DNA of 64,000 nt, taken from the IMG/VR virus record IMGVR_UViG_2775507102_000001, positions 274 through 64,273 of that record. One strand, given 5' to 3'. Numbering within the stretch: the stretch's first letter is position 1; each line of letters opens with the position of its first letter. Under the pieces are notes generated by a model. That model saw only the letters and a program-made list of their open reading frames with translations. It was not told the origin of the DNA and did no database searches. Positions 52,166 to 61,514 of this stretch are shown here, piece by piece. The stretch is from a virus. Taxonomy: Duplodnaviria; Caudoviricetes. A program made the position numbers and the translations under genes.

Positions 52166-53142
52166 GCGGCGAGCTCCGTCTCGGTGTGGGGGTGGCGCTT
52201 GAGCGCCTGCTGGAGGTGGTTTTTGCTGACGCCGAGCCGGGCGGCTGCCTGCTCGTAGCCGACGCCGTAGCCGAGGAGTTCGCGGCCGTCGGCGGCGAGG
52301 TCGGCTTCGCGGGAGACGGCGGCGTTGCGGGCCTTGAACAGGGCCTGGTTGCGCAGCCGCGGATCGAGGTCGTTGTGCTCGGCCAGCCACTCCTGGTGGG
52401 CCTGCTCGCAGCGCTGGCACATCGGCAGCTGCTGGCGCTGGTGGATCCACCAGCCGCGGTCGGTGCCGCAGTGTCCGGTCCAGTCGGGGTGGGCGGTGGG
52501 GTCGTCGATGGTGTCGTCGTCCCAGGCGCCGGGCGGGGCCCAGCCGTTGGCCCGGGCGAAGTTGCGGGTGCGGCTGGTGTACTTGTTGGCCGTCGGCCGG
52601 ACGGATGCGAGTTGCTGGTAGGCGGACTCCAGGCGTTCGGCGAGGTCGCGGCGGATGGTGGGCTGCCGGCCGTTGGCGATGCTGAGGATGCGGTTGTGGG
52701 AGGTGTTCGCGGCGTCGGCGATGGTCGCGTAGGAGTGGCCGAGGGAGGACAGGGCCTGGGCTCGGCGCGTGCTGCCGGTGGCGTCGAGGTATTGGCCGCG
52801 GTCGCCCTGTGCGGGCGCGGTGACGGCCATGATCTTTGCGTGGGTTTCGTTGCGGATCTTCGTGCGTTGGCCGTTGTAGATCCGCAGGAGGGCGTTGAGC
52901 TCCAGGCCGGTGGCGGTAACGAGGGTTTTCCAGGACATGGTCTGGTGCAGTTCGCGGAGTCGGGCCTGCGCCTGGTCCGGGCTGGTGAAGGGGCTGCGGC
53001 CGAGCTGCCGGTTGACGCGCGTCTGCTTGTGGTGGCGGCGGCGTGCGGTGTTGCACGGCTCGCACTTGCAGGGCGGGCGGTATCCGGGGCTGCCGTAGGC
53101 GCGGGCGGTGGTTCCGTGCGGCGGGGTGGGGCGGGCGGCCAT
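52162..53142 (-). CDS. Multi-HTH / Zn-binding phage protein
   Basis: 326 aa; HGT...Y...CKCEPC, two HTH-like segments, C-terminal AAARLGVS. Confidence 0.7.
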   Translation of the reverse strand: MAARPTPPHGTTARAYGSPGYRPPCKCEPCNTARRRHHKQTRVNRQLGRSPFTSPDQAQARLRELHQTMSWKTLVTATGLELNALLRIYNGQRTKIRNETHAKIMAVTAPAQGDRGQYLDATGSTRRAQALSSLGHSYATIADAANTSHNRILSIANGRQPTIRRDLAERLESAYQQLASVRPTANKYTSRTRNFARANGWAPPGAWDDDTIDDPTAHPDWTGHCGTDRGWWIHQRQQLPMCQRCEQAHQEWLAEHNDLDPRLRNQALFKARNAAVSREADLAADGRELLGYGVGYEQAAARLGVSKNHLQQALKRHPHTETELAA

Positions 53143-53339
53143 CAGTCCTCCTTCCGGGTGGCGGTGGGCAGTGCGTTGATGCGGCGGCAGGTCCACAGGT
53201 CGGTGGTGTCGGTGGGCGGCTGGTTGTCGGGGGCGGCGGGGAGGTGGCGGGCGGGCCGGGTGATGAGCGCGAAGGCGACGGCGGCGACGCCGACGGTGAG
53301 GCCGAAGCCGGCGAGGAACAGGGCGGTGGAGTGGCCCAT
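53142..53339 (-). CDS. Small membrane protein
   Basis: 65 aa, N-terminal TM helix. Confidence 0.65.
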   Translation of the reverse strand: MGHSTALFLAGFGLTVGVAAVAFALITRPARHLPAAPDNQPPTDTTDLWTCRRINALPTATRKED

Positions 53340-53668
53340 CAGGCGACCCTCCCCTGCATGGCGGCGACGGTGCCGCGCCAGCGGCGGACGGCGGACTTGT
53401 CGCGGGTGTGGCCGAAGCCGTCGCAGCGGGTCACGCCGTCTTTGTGAAGGCTCACGGCGAACCGACCCCAGTCGTGGTCGCGGTCCGGGGGGTCAGGCAG
53501 CTCGTGGTCGCGGGCGACCTTCCAGAACAGAAACGGCTGGCCAGTGCGGGCTATCTCGACGAAGGTGGGGCGGACGAGGTCAACCCAGGTTTCATAGTCG
53601 TCGATTCGCTGCTGAGTGCGAGACTTCGGCACAGAGCCGTCGAGAGCCAGCTGTATGGGAGCGCTCAT
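53339..53668 (-). CDS. Hypothetical phage protein (5' end appears recoded)
   Basis: 109 aa; N-terminus duplicates that of upstream HNH gene. Confidence 0.75.
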   Translation of the reverse strand: MSAPIQLALDGSVPKSRTQQRIDDYETWVDLVRPTFVEIARTGQPFLFWKVARDHELPDPPDRDHDWGRFAVSLHKDGVTRCDGFGHTRDKSAVRRWRGTVAAMQGRVA

Positions 53669-54450
53669 CGCTGCACCTCCTTCCTGCGCCGCTTGTAGGC
53701 AGCGCTCGCTGCGTTCTGGCAGGCGCGGCAGGCCCGCCCGTCGGGACGGGCGTAGGTGTTCTCAGGGGTGAATTCGTGGCCGCGGTGGCAGTGGGTCTTG
53801 CGAGCGTTCTTGGCCCATGTGCTGCGTCCGCGCAGGACGTTCACTGTGTCCGTTACGGGCTCAAGGTGGGCGGGGTTGATGCAGCGTCGGTGCATGCAGT
53901 CGGTGCCACCGGGGCATGTCGGAGCGTTGCTGTGACAGCGGTGGTCTATGACCATCCCGGCCGGTATGGGTCCTATGAAGGCGAGGAACGAAGCGCGGTG
54001 CGCGCTCTCGCGCTTGGGCGCGCCACACACGCCGTATCCATCGCGGTCGAGAGCCTTCTGCCAGATCCAGCAGCCAGTGTGGGGATCCTCAACGCTGTTG
54101 GCGATCAGCCGATGCTTGGTCGCTTCCCGGTACTGCTTGTCGTAGGGACGGTTGCCGGTGAGGTCGGCAGACCATGTGGGGCGCGGCGGTGCCGCCGGGA
54201 GCGGGAGCCCAGCGCGCCTGAACTCTGCCTTCCAGCGCTGGTAGTGCATCTCGCACATTCCGCGCTTCGCCGCCTCGCGGTCGCAGCCCGAGTTGCTGCA
54301 TTCCACGAACGGCTTGGCCAAGGCGTGACCGTTCAGGCCGCCGGGGACTTCGGCGAGCCACGTCTCGTAGTCCTCGGCCTGCCGCTGCGTCTTCGTCTTG
54401 CGCGGCTCGGGGACGCTGCCGTCGAGGGCGGGCTGCACGGTCGCGGTCAT
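53665..54450 (-). CDS. HNH homing-endonuclease-like protein fused to a phage gene N-terminus
   Basis: 261 aa; GCWIWQ...DGYG...AHR...IDHRC...CINPAHL...THCHRGH..RACRAC. Confidence 0.88.
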   Translation of the reverse strand: MTATVQPALDGSVPEPRKTKTQRQAEDYETWLAEVPGGLNGHALAKPFVECSNSGCDREAAKRGMCEMHYQRWKAEFRRAGLPLPAAPPRPTWSADLTGNRPYDKQYREATKHRLIANSVEDPHTGCWIWQKALDRDGYGVCGAPKRESAHRASFLAFIGPIPAGMVIDHRCHSNAPTCPGGTDCMHRRCINPAHLEPVTDTVNVLRGRSTWAKNARKTHCHRGHEFTPENTYARPDGRACRACQNAASAAYKRRRKEVQR

Positions 54451-54845
54451 GACACCGGCTCCTTGATCTGTGCGGTGACGGCGGTGAGCACGTCGTCGCT
54501 GGGCGTCCAGAAGCCGAGCGCGCCCTTGGCGGGCACGGGCTCCGGGAGGGCAATGACGTTGGTCAACTCCCAGTGGTAGAGGCCGGGCTGGGCCCAGTAG
54601 CTGCAGCAGACCTGGTTGCCGTTGTCGAAGTGGCAGCCGGTGATCGTGGCGATGGCGACGACCGCGGAGTACACGTCGAGGTGGTCGCCGTAGACCTGGG
54701 CGTCACGGTCGGGCTGGGCTCCGGCGTGGATGAGGATGTGGGCGCCCTCGTGCTTGGCGGGGAGCTTCCAGCTGCGGTTCTCGACACGCTTCGACTGGTG
54801 GGCGATCGCGCCAGCCCAGGGCTGGCGAATGGTCAGGGCCTTCAT
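54447..54845 (-). CDS. ASCH domain protein
   Basis: MKALTIRQPWAGAI....KRVENRSW....ILIHAG. Confidence 0.88.
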   Translation of the reverse strand: MKALTIRQPWAGAIAHQSKRVENRSWKLPAKHEGAHILIHAGAQPDRDAQVYGDHLDVYSAVVAIATITGCHFDNGNQVCCSYWAQPGLYHWELTNVIALPEPVPAKGALGFWTPSDDVLTAVTAQIKEPVS

Positions 54846-55276
54846 CGGCTGGTCTCCTCGCTGGTGTGCTGGTGCAGGAGGTGGGTGTCGTCGATGCCGC
54901 GGTCGTGGAGAACGTGGTTCACGGCGCCCCGGATGGCTCCGGTGAGTGCTTCGCGGAGTTCTGTCGAGAGACCGGGCCGGTGGGCGATCTGGACGGCGAG
55001 ATCCCAGGCGTCGCCGCCGCGGCCCCAGGCGAGTTCAGTGGTGGTCTTGAGGTAGCGGGCGCCGAGGTTCACGGACCAGGCCGACATGTCGACGGCGCTG
55101 TCGAGGAGGCTGACGAGTTCGTCGCACGCCTCGTCGATCTGCTCGTCGCTGGCCTTCCCGGCCCAGCGGTGCTCGACGGCGCTCCGGATTCGGCCCTCAG
55201 CGTCGAGAGCGGCTTGTGCCTGCAGCTTCGCCGCGAGGGCGCGGAGGTCGTCGTCGGTGTAGGTGAGGTCGGTCAT
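54842..55276 (-). CDS. Hypothetical protein
   Basis: 144 aa. Confidence 0.7.
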   Translation of the reverse strand: MTDLTYTDDDLRALAAKLQAQAALDAEGRIRSAVEHRWAGKASDEQIDEACDELVSLLDSAVDMSAWSVNLGARYLKTTTELAWGRGGDAWDLAVQIAHRPGLSTELREALTGAIRGAVNHVLHDRGIDDTHLLHQHTSEETSR

Positions 55277-55340
55277 CTGTGATTCCCTTGGGGTGAGAGG
55301 CCGCCCGCACTGCCCGCGGGCGGCCGTTCGCGTGTGCGGG

Positions 55341-56174
55341 CTACTGCTCGGTGGGGGTGGTGGCCGGCTTGCCGGTCTTGCCGCCGGTGAGCTCGTCGGC
55401 GCTCACGCGGGGGGCCGGGAACTCGTCCTCGGCGGTGACCTCGCCGCGCTGGATCGACTTGTAGATGACGATCAGCTGGGCGACGTCGTGCTCGGTCCAC
55501 TTCGTCGACGGCCGGTCCAGGCGGTTTTCGATGCGGTCGGCGGTGATGCCGATGCCCTCGAACGTCTTGATGGCGTCCGCGACGCGCTGGGCGAGGGGCT
55601 TGCCGCCGCCGTCCCGCAGCGTCTGGTTGCACAGCTCCTTGGCCTCCTCGACGAACCAGGGCGGCAGGATCGCGAAGATCGCCTCGCGGACGCGGCGGGC
55701 GCCGTTGTTGGCGTTGTTCTCGTAGATGTCCCGCATGTCCGTGAGCTGCTTGCTGCCGTTCTTCGTGTCGCGGCGGTGCGGGACGATGAACGTCGAACTG
55801 TTGCGGGAGTTGGTCTGGACGTCCCAGGCGAAGGCCTGCATCTCGGACTGGCCGTAGTCGTCGTCGCGGCGCATCTCGACCAGCCCGTACTGGACGTTGC
55901 CCCAGACGCGGGCCAGCTCGCGGGCGAGGTGGACGGACGCGCCGGTGACGGTGGAGCCGCCGCGGGAGTAGCGGAAGAAGGCGCGCTCGGCGAGGCCCTG
56001 CTGCTTGCACGACTCGCGCATCTCGGCGACGGCGGCCTGAATGTTGCGGGGGCACTGCTGGGCCACGACGACCGCGGCCTGCACCTCGGCGGCGGCGCGG
56101 GACTGCTCGACGGCCGTGCCCTGCCCGATGCGGGCCGGCGCGCTGTTGGACGGGATGGGGATGGGCTGGTTCAC
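55341..56174 (-). CDS. Single-strand annealing protein (RecT-like recombinase)
   Basis: 277 aa; AVEQSRAAAEVQAAVVVAQQCPR...GASVHLARELAR.WGN; follows exonuclease. Confidence 0.75.
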   Translation of the reverse strand: MNQPIPIPSNSAPARIGQGTAVEQSRAAAEVQAAVVVAQQCPRNIQAAVAEMRESCKQQGLAERAFFRYSRGGSTVTGASVHLARELARVWGNVQYGLVEMRRDDDYGQSEMQAFAWDVQTNSRNSSTFIVPHRRDTKNGSKQLTDMRDIYENNANNGARRVREAIFAILPPWFVEEAKELCNQTLRDGGGKPLAQRVADAIKTFEGIGITADRIENRLDRPSTKWTEHDVAQLIVIYKSIQRGEVTAEDEFPAPRVSADELTGGKTGKPATTPTEQ

Positions 56175-57061
56175 AGGTACTCCTCTTGGTCGCGCTTCTC
56201 CGCGTAGGGCGGGAGAGGCAGGTAGGTGATGCGGTCGTTGAAGCCGGGCCAGGTGTCGGTGCGCTGGCATTCGGCGTAGATCTGCAGGGCGCGGTCGTTG
56301 CGGGCGGCGCCGAGGGTGAGTGCGGGGAAGTCGAGTTCGACCAGGTGCACCAGGTAGGGCGCGGTCTTCGTCTGGAACACGAAGACGAACGCGGGCTCCT
56401 GGCCGCCGGTGAGGTCGAGGGCTTTGACGGCGTCGAGGTACCAGGCGGCTTGGGCGTGGTAGCCGTGCTCGTACACGGCCCGCTGGAGTGCAGTGGGGTC
56501 GACGGCCCGGGCGGTCTTGTAGTCGACGACGACGAGCCGGCCGTTGTCCTGGCGGTGGGGCATCCAGTCGGGGCGGGCTCGGCGCCACACGCCGTGGCGC
56601 TCGTCCTGCCAGAAGAGGGACTGCTCGGCGACACCATTGCCGGGGGCGAACAGGGCGCCTGCGGTGGGGTGCTGGCGGATCGCCTCCGCCATGGCCTGTA
56701 CCTGCTCGTGCTCCTTGGTGAGCAGTGGCACCTTGCCCTCGTCGTAGGCGAGGTCGCGCAGTTCGCGCGCGGCGACCTTCTTCCAGTCGGGGAAGTCGAT
56801 GACCTCCAGTTCCGGGCCCTCCCCGAGTACGGCGAGGTGGGCGGCGTGGCCGAGGTCGAACTCGCGCTTGCGGGGCTGCTGGTTGTCGCGCTCCCACTTG
56901 AAGATGGCGGGGCATCCGGGGTCGAGGAGCTTGCGGGCGCCGGAGGAGGAGAGGCTGCCGCCGGGGACCGGGTCGGCGTGGTAGACGTCGATCGGCATGC
57001 CCGGGTACACGCCCCGCTCCGTGACGACCGATCCGGTCGGCGCCTCGACGGCGGCGGTCAC
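56171..57061 (-). CDS. RecE/exonuclease VIII-like PD-(D/E)XK nuclease
   Basis: 296 aa; YHAD...LSSSGAR, FDLGHAAH, RARPD, VDYKT, GYHAQAAWY. Confidence 0.88.
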   Translation of the reverse strand: MTAAVEAPTGSVVTERGVYPGMPIDVYHADPVPGGSLSSSGARKLLDPGCPAIFKWERDNQQPRKREFDLGHAAHLAVLGEGPELEVIDFPDWKKVAARELRDLAYDEGKVPLLTKEHEQVQAMAEAIRQHPTAGALFAPGNGVAEQSLFWQDERHGVWRRARPDWMPHRQDNGRLVVVDYKTARAVDPTALQRAVYEHGYHAQAAWYLDAVKALDLTGGQEPAFVFVFQTKTAPYLVHLVELDFPALTLGAARNDRALQIYAECQRTDTWPGFNDRITYLPLPPYAEKRDQEEYL

Positions 57062-57402
57062 GCCACACCGTCCAGGGGCATGGGGCGGGCGCACGGCTCG
57101 CACAGCGGCTGTCGGGGCGCCCCGACGAACGGGCCGTCCTCGTCGCCGCACCGGATGCAGACCAGCCCGGCGGCCCTCTTCAGCTTGTCGATGCCGTCCT
57201 CGTCGTACTTGGCCATGCGGACGGCTTCGGCCTCTGCCGGGTAGGCCGGGGTGAGCTTCGCCAGTTCCACCGGCGGGGCGTAGGCGAGGAGGTCGAGGAG
57301 CTTCTGGTGGTAGGTGCCGGGCTGGTAGCCGCCTCGGTGCCCGAACGTCCACAGCACGTGGCGGGCGACTTCGGCGGGAATGGTGTGACTCGTGGTGCTC
57401 AT
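57058..57402 (-). CDS. Hypothetical protein with C-terminal Zn ribbon
   Basis: 114 aa; CIRC...LCEPC. Confidence 0.7.
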   Translation of the reverse strand: MSTTSHTIPAEVARHVLWTFGHRGGYQPGTYHQKLLDLLAYAPPVELAKLTPAYPAEAEAVRMAKYDEDGIDKLKRAAGLVCIRCGDEDGPFVGAPRQPLCEPCARPMPLDGVA

Positions 57403-57536
57403 GAGGTCTCCAAAAGGGTGTGCTGGTTGGCGGGCAGCCGCCCCTGACCGGGGGGTGGGCGGGGCGACTGCCCTGGGGTGGCGGCGCGGAGTGGGGGGCT
57501 CGACGCGTCGCCGGTCTTCGGTTGTGGATCAGGCGG

Positions 57537-58301
57537 TCAGGTGTGGGCTGCGACCTTCGGGATCACGGCGATCACGGTGTTGACGCCGGTGCCGGACTCC
57601 TTGAACGCGCCCTCAGGTAGCGGGTGCAGCTCACCGCCCTGCATGTCGAGGAGCGCCCGGAACTCTCGAGTCAGGGGCGTGTTCCGGAAGGTGACGCCGT
57701 TCGACATGACCGCCACCAGCAGGCCGCCCGCCTTCAGGAAGCGGTGGGCGTGCATGACGTGCCGGATGTCGTCCTGCCGGGCGAACGGCGGGTTCATCAC
57801 CACCCGGTCGTAGCCGGGGATGCCGGCGCCGGGCGCGGTGGTCAGGAAGTCGCGGACCAGGATGAGGTTGGCGTAGCCCGCGTCGAAGATGACCGTGGCG
57901 TTCGACTCCTGCACTTCGATGCAGTCGACTACGCAGCCCTCGGCTGCGACCGCCGACGCGATGGCGCCCTGCCCGGCGGACGGCTCCAGCACGGTCATGC
58001 CGGGCTTGATGTCGGCCAGTTCGATGAGCTGCTGGACGACCGGGCCGGGGGTGGGGAAGTAGCCGAACTGCTGCTTGTTGCTGACGATCTCGCCGGTGAG
58101 GATGACGGGCTCGATCGCCTCGGCGGCGTCGCCGTCGAACAGGTGGGCGCGCTCCTTACGGTTCCACTTGCCGCCTGCCGCCTCGAGTACCTTCGCGGTG
58201 TCGAGGTACAGCTTGCGGTCGAGGGTGCCGGTGAGGACGAGTCGGGGCCCGTCGAACTCGGCGCGGTCGAGGACTTCAAGGACGATGGTGGGGACCTTCA
58301 C
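57537..58301 (-). CDS. Amino (N6-adenine type) DNA methyltransferase
   Basis: 254 aa; FFPTP-like GYFPTP, VLEPSAGQG, VMNPPF. Confidence 0.85.
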   Translation of the reverse strand: MKVPTIVLEVLDRAEFDGPRLVLTGTLDRKLYLDTAKVLEAAGGKWNRKERAHLFDGDAAEAIEPVILTGEIVSNKQQFGYFPTPGPVVQQLIELADIKPGMTVLEPSAGQGAIASAVAAEGCVVDCIEVQESNATVIFDAGYANLILVRDFLTTAPGAGIPGYDRVVMNPPFARQDDIRHVMHAHRFLKAGGLLVAVMSNGVTFRNTPLTREFRALLDMQGGELHPLPEGAFKESGTGVNTVIAVIPKVAAHT

Positions 58302-58375
58302 GGTCTTCTCCTGGGATGCTGGTGTCGGATCCCCGGGCGGTTGCGACGTCCGGGGCTTCTTGTTGGGGTGCAGGG

Positions 58376-58552
58376 TCAGCGGTTCGTGGGCTTGCGGCGG
58401 CGGGCGATGCGCGCCGGCTGGGTGTCGCGGGCCTGGCAGGGGCAGTTCGGGTGGTGCTGGCGGTTGATGGCGAGCTGTCCCGGCAGGCCGCTGACGGTGG
58501 TGCGGATCAGGTGGCCGTCACGGATGCCGTCGATGCTGGTGGGCCTACTCAT
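58376..58552 (-). CDS. Small basic hypothetical protein (58 aa)
   Basis: MSRPTSIDGIRDGHLIRTTVSGLPGQL...; overlaps upstream stop region. Confidence 0.5.
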   Translation of the reverse strand: MSRPTSIDGIRDGHLIRTTVSGLPGQLAINRQHHPNCPCQARDTQPARIARRRKPTNR

Positions 58553-58682
58553 CGGCGGTGTCCTCGTTGAGGCTGGCCTCGAACTCGGCTTCCACGGCGT
58601 CGTCGAGGTCGCGGAAGAAGTTGGTGGCGAAGCGGTGGAAGGCCTCCCCGTCGGGGGTCAGTTCGGTGGTGTTGTCGGACAC
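58545..58682 (-). CDS. Small highly acidic protein (45 aa, not in ORF track)
   Basis: AAGGAG RBS; MSDNTTELTPDGEAFHRFATNFFRDLDDAVEAEFEASLNEDTADE. Confidence 0.65.
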   Translation of the reverse strand: MSDNTTELTPDGEAFHRFATNFFRDLDDAVEAEFEASLNEDTADE

Positions 58683-58750
58683 GGGTGCTCCTTGTGGTGG
58701 TAGTTGTGCGCCGCTCCGCCGGCCCGGTGGTCATCCGGCGGGCGGCGAGA

Positions 58751-59152
58751 TCAGTTGGTCTTGGCCTGCGGTGACTGGTGCAGGGGCACGACCGGGGTGA
58801 TGCCGGGCATCTCCTGCGTGCGCTCGGCCGCGGTCTCGGCGAGGCGCCGGATGTCGAGGCGTCGTTCGGCGTCGGCCAGGCGGCCTTCGAGGTCGGCCAC
58901 CCACCGGGTGCGCACTTCCAGGTCGGCCTTCGTGGCGGCGTGGGCGCGCTTCTCCTGGGCCAGTTCCGCCTCCAGGTCGGTGGCGTACTGGTCCTGGATC
59001 ATGAAGAAGTCGTCTGCGGCGGCCTGTCGGGTGAGGAGCTTGACGTTCTCCTCGCGCAGTTGGCCGACGAGGCCCTCCAGTTCGGCGATACGGTCGGCAG
59101 CCCGGTGGCTGCCGGTGCCCTTCAGGCCGGGGATGTGGTCGATGAGGCTCAC
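58751..59152 (-). CDS. Coiled-coil hypothetical protein
   Basis: 133 aa. Confidence 0.7.
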   Translation of the reverse strand: MSLIDHIPGLKGTGSHRAADRIAELEGLVGQLREENVKLLTRQAAADDFFMIQDQYATDLEAELAQEKRAHAATKADLEVRTRWVADLEGRLADAERRLDIRRLAETAAERTQEMPGITPVVPLHQSPQAKTN

Positions 59153-59361
59153 GACGCTTCTCCCTTGCTGGTGGTGGAGAAGTCGGCCTGGGTGCGGTGG
59201 TGGCGGCCGTCGCGGACGCAGGCGGAGCAGTTGTCGCGGTAGTACACGGAGTTGCCGCGGACCTGGGTGACGGTGCCGGCGGTGACGGTGCCGCAGCGGG
59301 AGTCGATGATGGTGTCGCCGACCTGGAAGTCGATCGGCTCGTTCAGGCGGGCGATGGTCAC
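59149..59361 (-). CDS. Small hypothetical protein
   Basis: 70 aa; GGAGG RBS. Confidence 0.65.
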   Translation of the reverse strand: MTIARLNEPIDFQVGDTIIDSRCGTVTAGTVTQVRGNSVYYRDNCSACVRDGRHHRTQADFSTTSKGEAS

Positions 59362-59867
59362 GACGCCTCCAGTCCGGTGCGGTCGATGTAGCCGGCGGCT
59401 GCCGTGTCGGCGTAGTCGCGGGCGGTGGTGAGCTCGAAGTTGCGCTCGCGCTCGAAGGCCAGCTCGGCTTCCAGTCCGGCCTCCCGGACCGTGAGCCGCT
59501 GGATCGCGGCCCGCATGTCGGCGTTCGACATCGGGCGCCGCACGGTGACCGTGTTCGTCTCGGCCGTCCACGTCTGGGGGCGGTCCCAGTCGGCGCCCGG
59601 GTAGGCGCCCTGGAGGAGGGCGGCGATGCGCTGGGAGCCGCCGGCCGCGAACTTGATGATCTGGCCGTCGACGCCGAGGGCGCGGGCGAGGTAGGTGCGT
59701 TCGGTGGCCCCGGTGGCGTCGGTCCAGATCGGGGTGACGAGGATGGTGGCGGCGCCGGGGGCGATCTGGTGGAGGCGGTAGCCGAGTTGGTGCTGGTGCC
59801 GCCGGCGCCTGGACGCTGACGCTTTGCGGGGGCGGGCCGGGAGGGCTTCCATGACGGTGGTCATCAC
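59358..59867 (-). CDS. Hypothetical protein
   Basis: 169 aa. Confidence 0.7.
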   Translation of the reverse strand: MMTTVMEALPARPRKASASRRRRHQHQLGYRLHQIAPGAATILVTPIWTDATGATERTYLARALGVDGQIIKFAAGGSQRIAALLQGAYPGADWDRPQTWTAETNTVTVRRPMSNADMRAAIQRLTVREAGLEAELAFERERNFELTTARDYADTAAAGYIDRTGLEAS

Positions 59868-60085
59868 GCCACCTGCCGCAGGGTGCGGGCCCGGTTGTCG
59901 GCTGCGGCCTGGGCGGTGATGGTGGCGAGCTTGTCGAGGGCGGCCTGGCTGGTGAGGCTGAGGGCGATCTGGATGCCGCCGAGGGCGATGAACGCGTGCC
60001 CGTCGTGCTGGTCGTAGTGGATGCTGTCGGGGTTGTCGCCGAGGGCGATCGTCTGGTTGAGCACGCGGGTCGGGTTGTTGGTCAC
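59864..60085 (-). CDS. Hypothetical protein
   Basis: 73 aa. Confidence 0.7.
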   Translation of the reverse strand: MTNNPTRVLNQTIALGDNPDSIHYDQHDGHAFIALGGIQIALSLTSQAALDKLATITAQAAADNRARTLRQVA

Positions 60086-61134
60086 GACGCCTCCTCGGCG
60101 CGGTCGGTGGTGGAGTCGGCGGCGTCGGCGAAGGTGATCAGCGTCGAGGGCGTCGGTCCGTTTTGGTCCGGGTCCACGCGCGAGATGGCGTCGTCCCAGC
60201 CCTCGCGCCAGTTGGCGTTGTAGAGGCCCTCGCTATCGGCCGAGGCGCGCACCGTGGCCGCGTCCTCAATAGCCTCGGCCAGGGCGTGCTCGCCGATGGC
60301 CTGCTGGTAGCGCAGGTGGGTGTCCTCGGCGAGGATCGTGCGGAGATAGGCGTCGATCTGAGCGGGCGTCGCGTGAAAGCGGGAGGGTCGCGCCTCGGCC
60401 TTCTCCGCCCGCTCGCGCCAGCACTGCTTGCCCGCTTGGTGGTGCTCGACGGCGCGGCGGAGCTCCGGCAGCGTGTTGCGCTCCATGAAGGCGGCGTCCT
60501 CGCGGGCGCTGGCCAGTGCCGCCTTGAGGCGCGCGACTTCGGCTTTGGCCGCCTTCCCCTGCCGGGACAGTTCGCTGCGCAGTCGGCCGACGAGTTGACG
60601 CTCCCGGGTGAGGCGGAGGTCGTCGCGGACCCAATTCCCGTGGTAGGCGTTCGCCTTGCGCCAGCCGATTTGCTCCCAGTGGCGGTGGTAGGCCACGGCG
60701 GCGAGTAGCTCGGTGACCATGGTCGGTGCGGCGGCGGTGAACGCGGCGTCGGCATGGTCCTGCTTTCCGCCGCCGAACACTGCGAGCGGCTCGCCTGCCT
60801 GATTGGTGACGACGCCGATGCGTTCGTTGGCTAGCCACGGCCCGTCGGTGGCAGCCTCCAGCAGGGCCGCGTACTCCGCGAGCCGGGTGTCGTTGAGCGG
60901 CTGGGGCTGGTCGCCGACCGGCACCGGCAGCGCACCCTGCGCGGCCACAGCGGCGGGCAGCGTGTGCCCTGCCCTGGTCGCGTAGGCGATCTGCTCGGGC
61001 GTCAACGGCTCGTCGTGCTCCTCAGCACGGTGCGCCGCCAGGTGCCAGGCGCGGGCCTCGGTGTACTTGTCGGGGATACCGTGCGCCGCCCAGTAGCAGT
61101 CGGAGTCCGGGCAGTGGATCGGGGAGATGTTCAT
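60082..61134 (-). CDS. Ead/Ea22-like domain protein
   Basis: 350 aa; LLEAATDGPW...DAAFTAAAP.MV.ELL followed by coiled coil. Confidence 0.65.
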   Translation of the reverse strand: MNISPIHCPDSDCYWAAHGIPDKYTEARAWHLAAHRAEEHDEPLTPEQIAYATRAGHTLPAAVAAQGALPVPVGDQPQPLNDTRLAEYAALLEAATDGPWLANERIGVVTNQAGEPLAVFGGGKQDHADAAFTAAAPTMVTELLAAVAYHRHWEQIGWRKANAYHGNWVRDDLRLTRERQLVGRLRSELSRQGKAAKAEVARLKAALASAREDAAFMERNTLPELRRAVEHHQAGKQCWRERAEKAEARPSRFHATPAQIDAYLRTILAEDTHLRYQQAIGEHALAEAIEDAATVRASADSEGLYNANWREGWDDAISRVDPDQNGPTPSTLITFADAADSTTDRAEEAS

Positions 61135-61514
61135 GCCGCTACCTGCCTCTGCTCGCCGGGGTGGGTGAGGTTGCGGACGGGCTTCCACGGGAACTTGCCG
61201 GAGCCGGGGCACTGCTCGGACCAGTTGCGGCCGTACCAGCGGTGGTTGCCCATGACGCAGTCCTTCGTCATGGCCCGGTCCTTCAGGCAGCACTGGCACC
61301 AGCCGCGCGGGCGGGCAGGCTCGGGAACGGCGGGGTAGACGATGCGGTAGCAGGGGTGGCCGACGGTGCGGCGCTTCTCGCCGTCGATGCGGAAGCGGAG
61401 GTATCCGCCGCCCGCGCCGACGATCGTGGCGGGCTTGCCGTCGTACTCGATCCGCATGCCGTGCCGGGCGGGCACGTCGTAGGTTCGGCGGATCCACTCC
61501 ATCGTGCTGGTCAC
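61131..61514 (-). CDS. Hypothetical protein with Cys motif
   Basis: 127 aa; IRRTYDVPARHGMRIEYDG.PATIVGA.GGYLRFRIDG. Confidence 0.7.
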   Translation of the reverse strand: MTSTMEWIRRTYDVPARHGMRIEYDGKPATIVGAGGGYLRFRIDGEKRRTVGHPCYRIVYPAVPEPARPRGWCQCCLKDRAMTKDCVMGNHRWYGRNWSEQCPGSGKFPWKPVRNLTHPGEQRQVAA

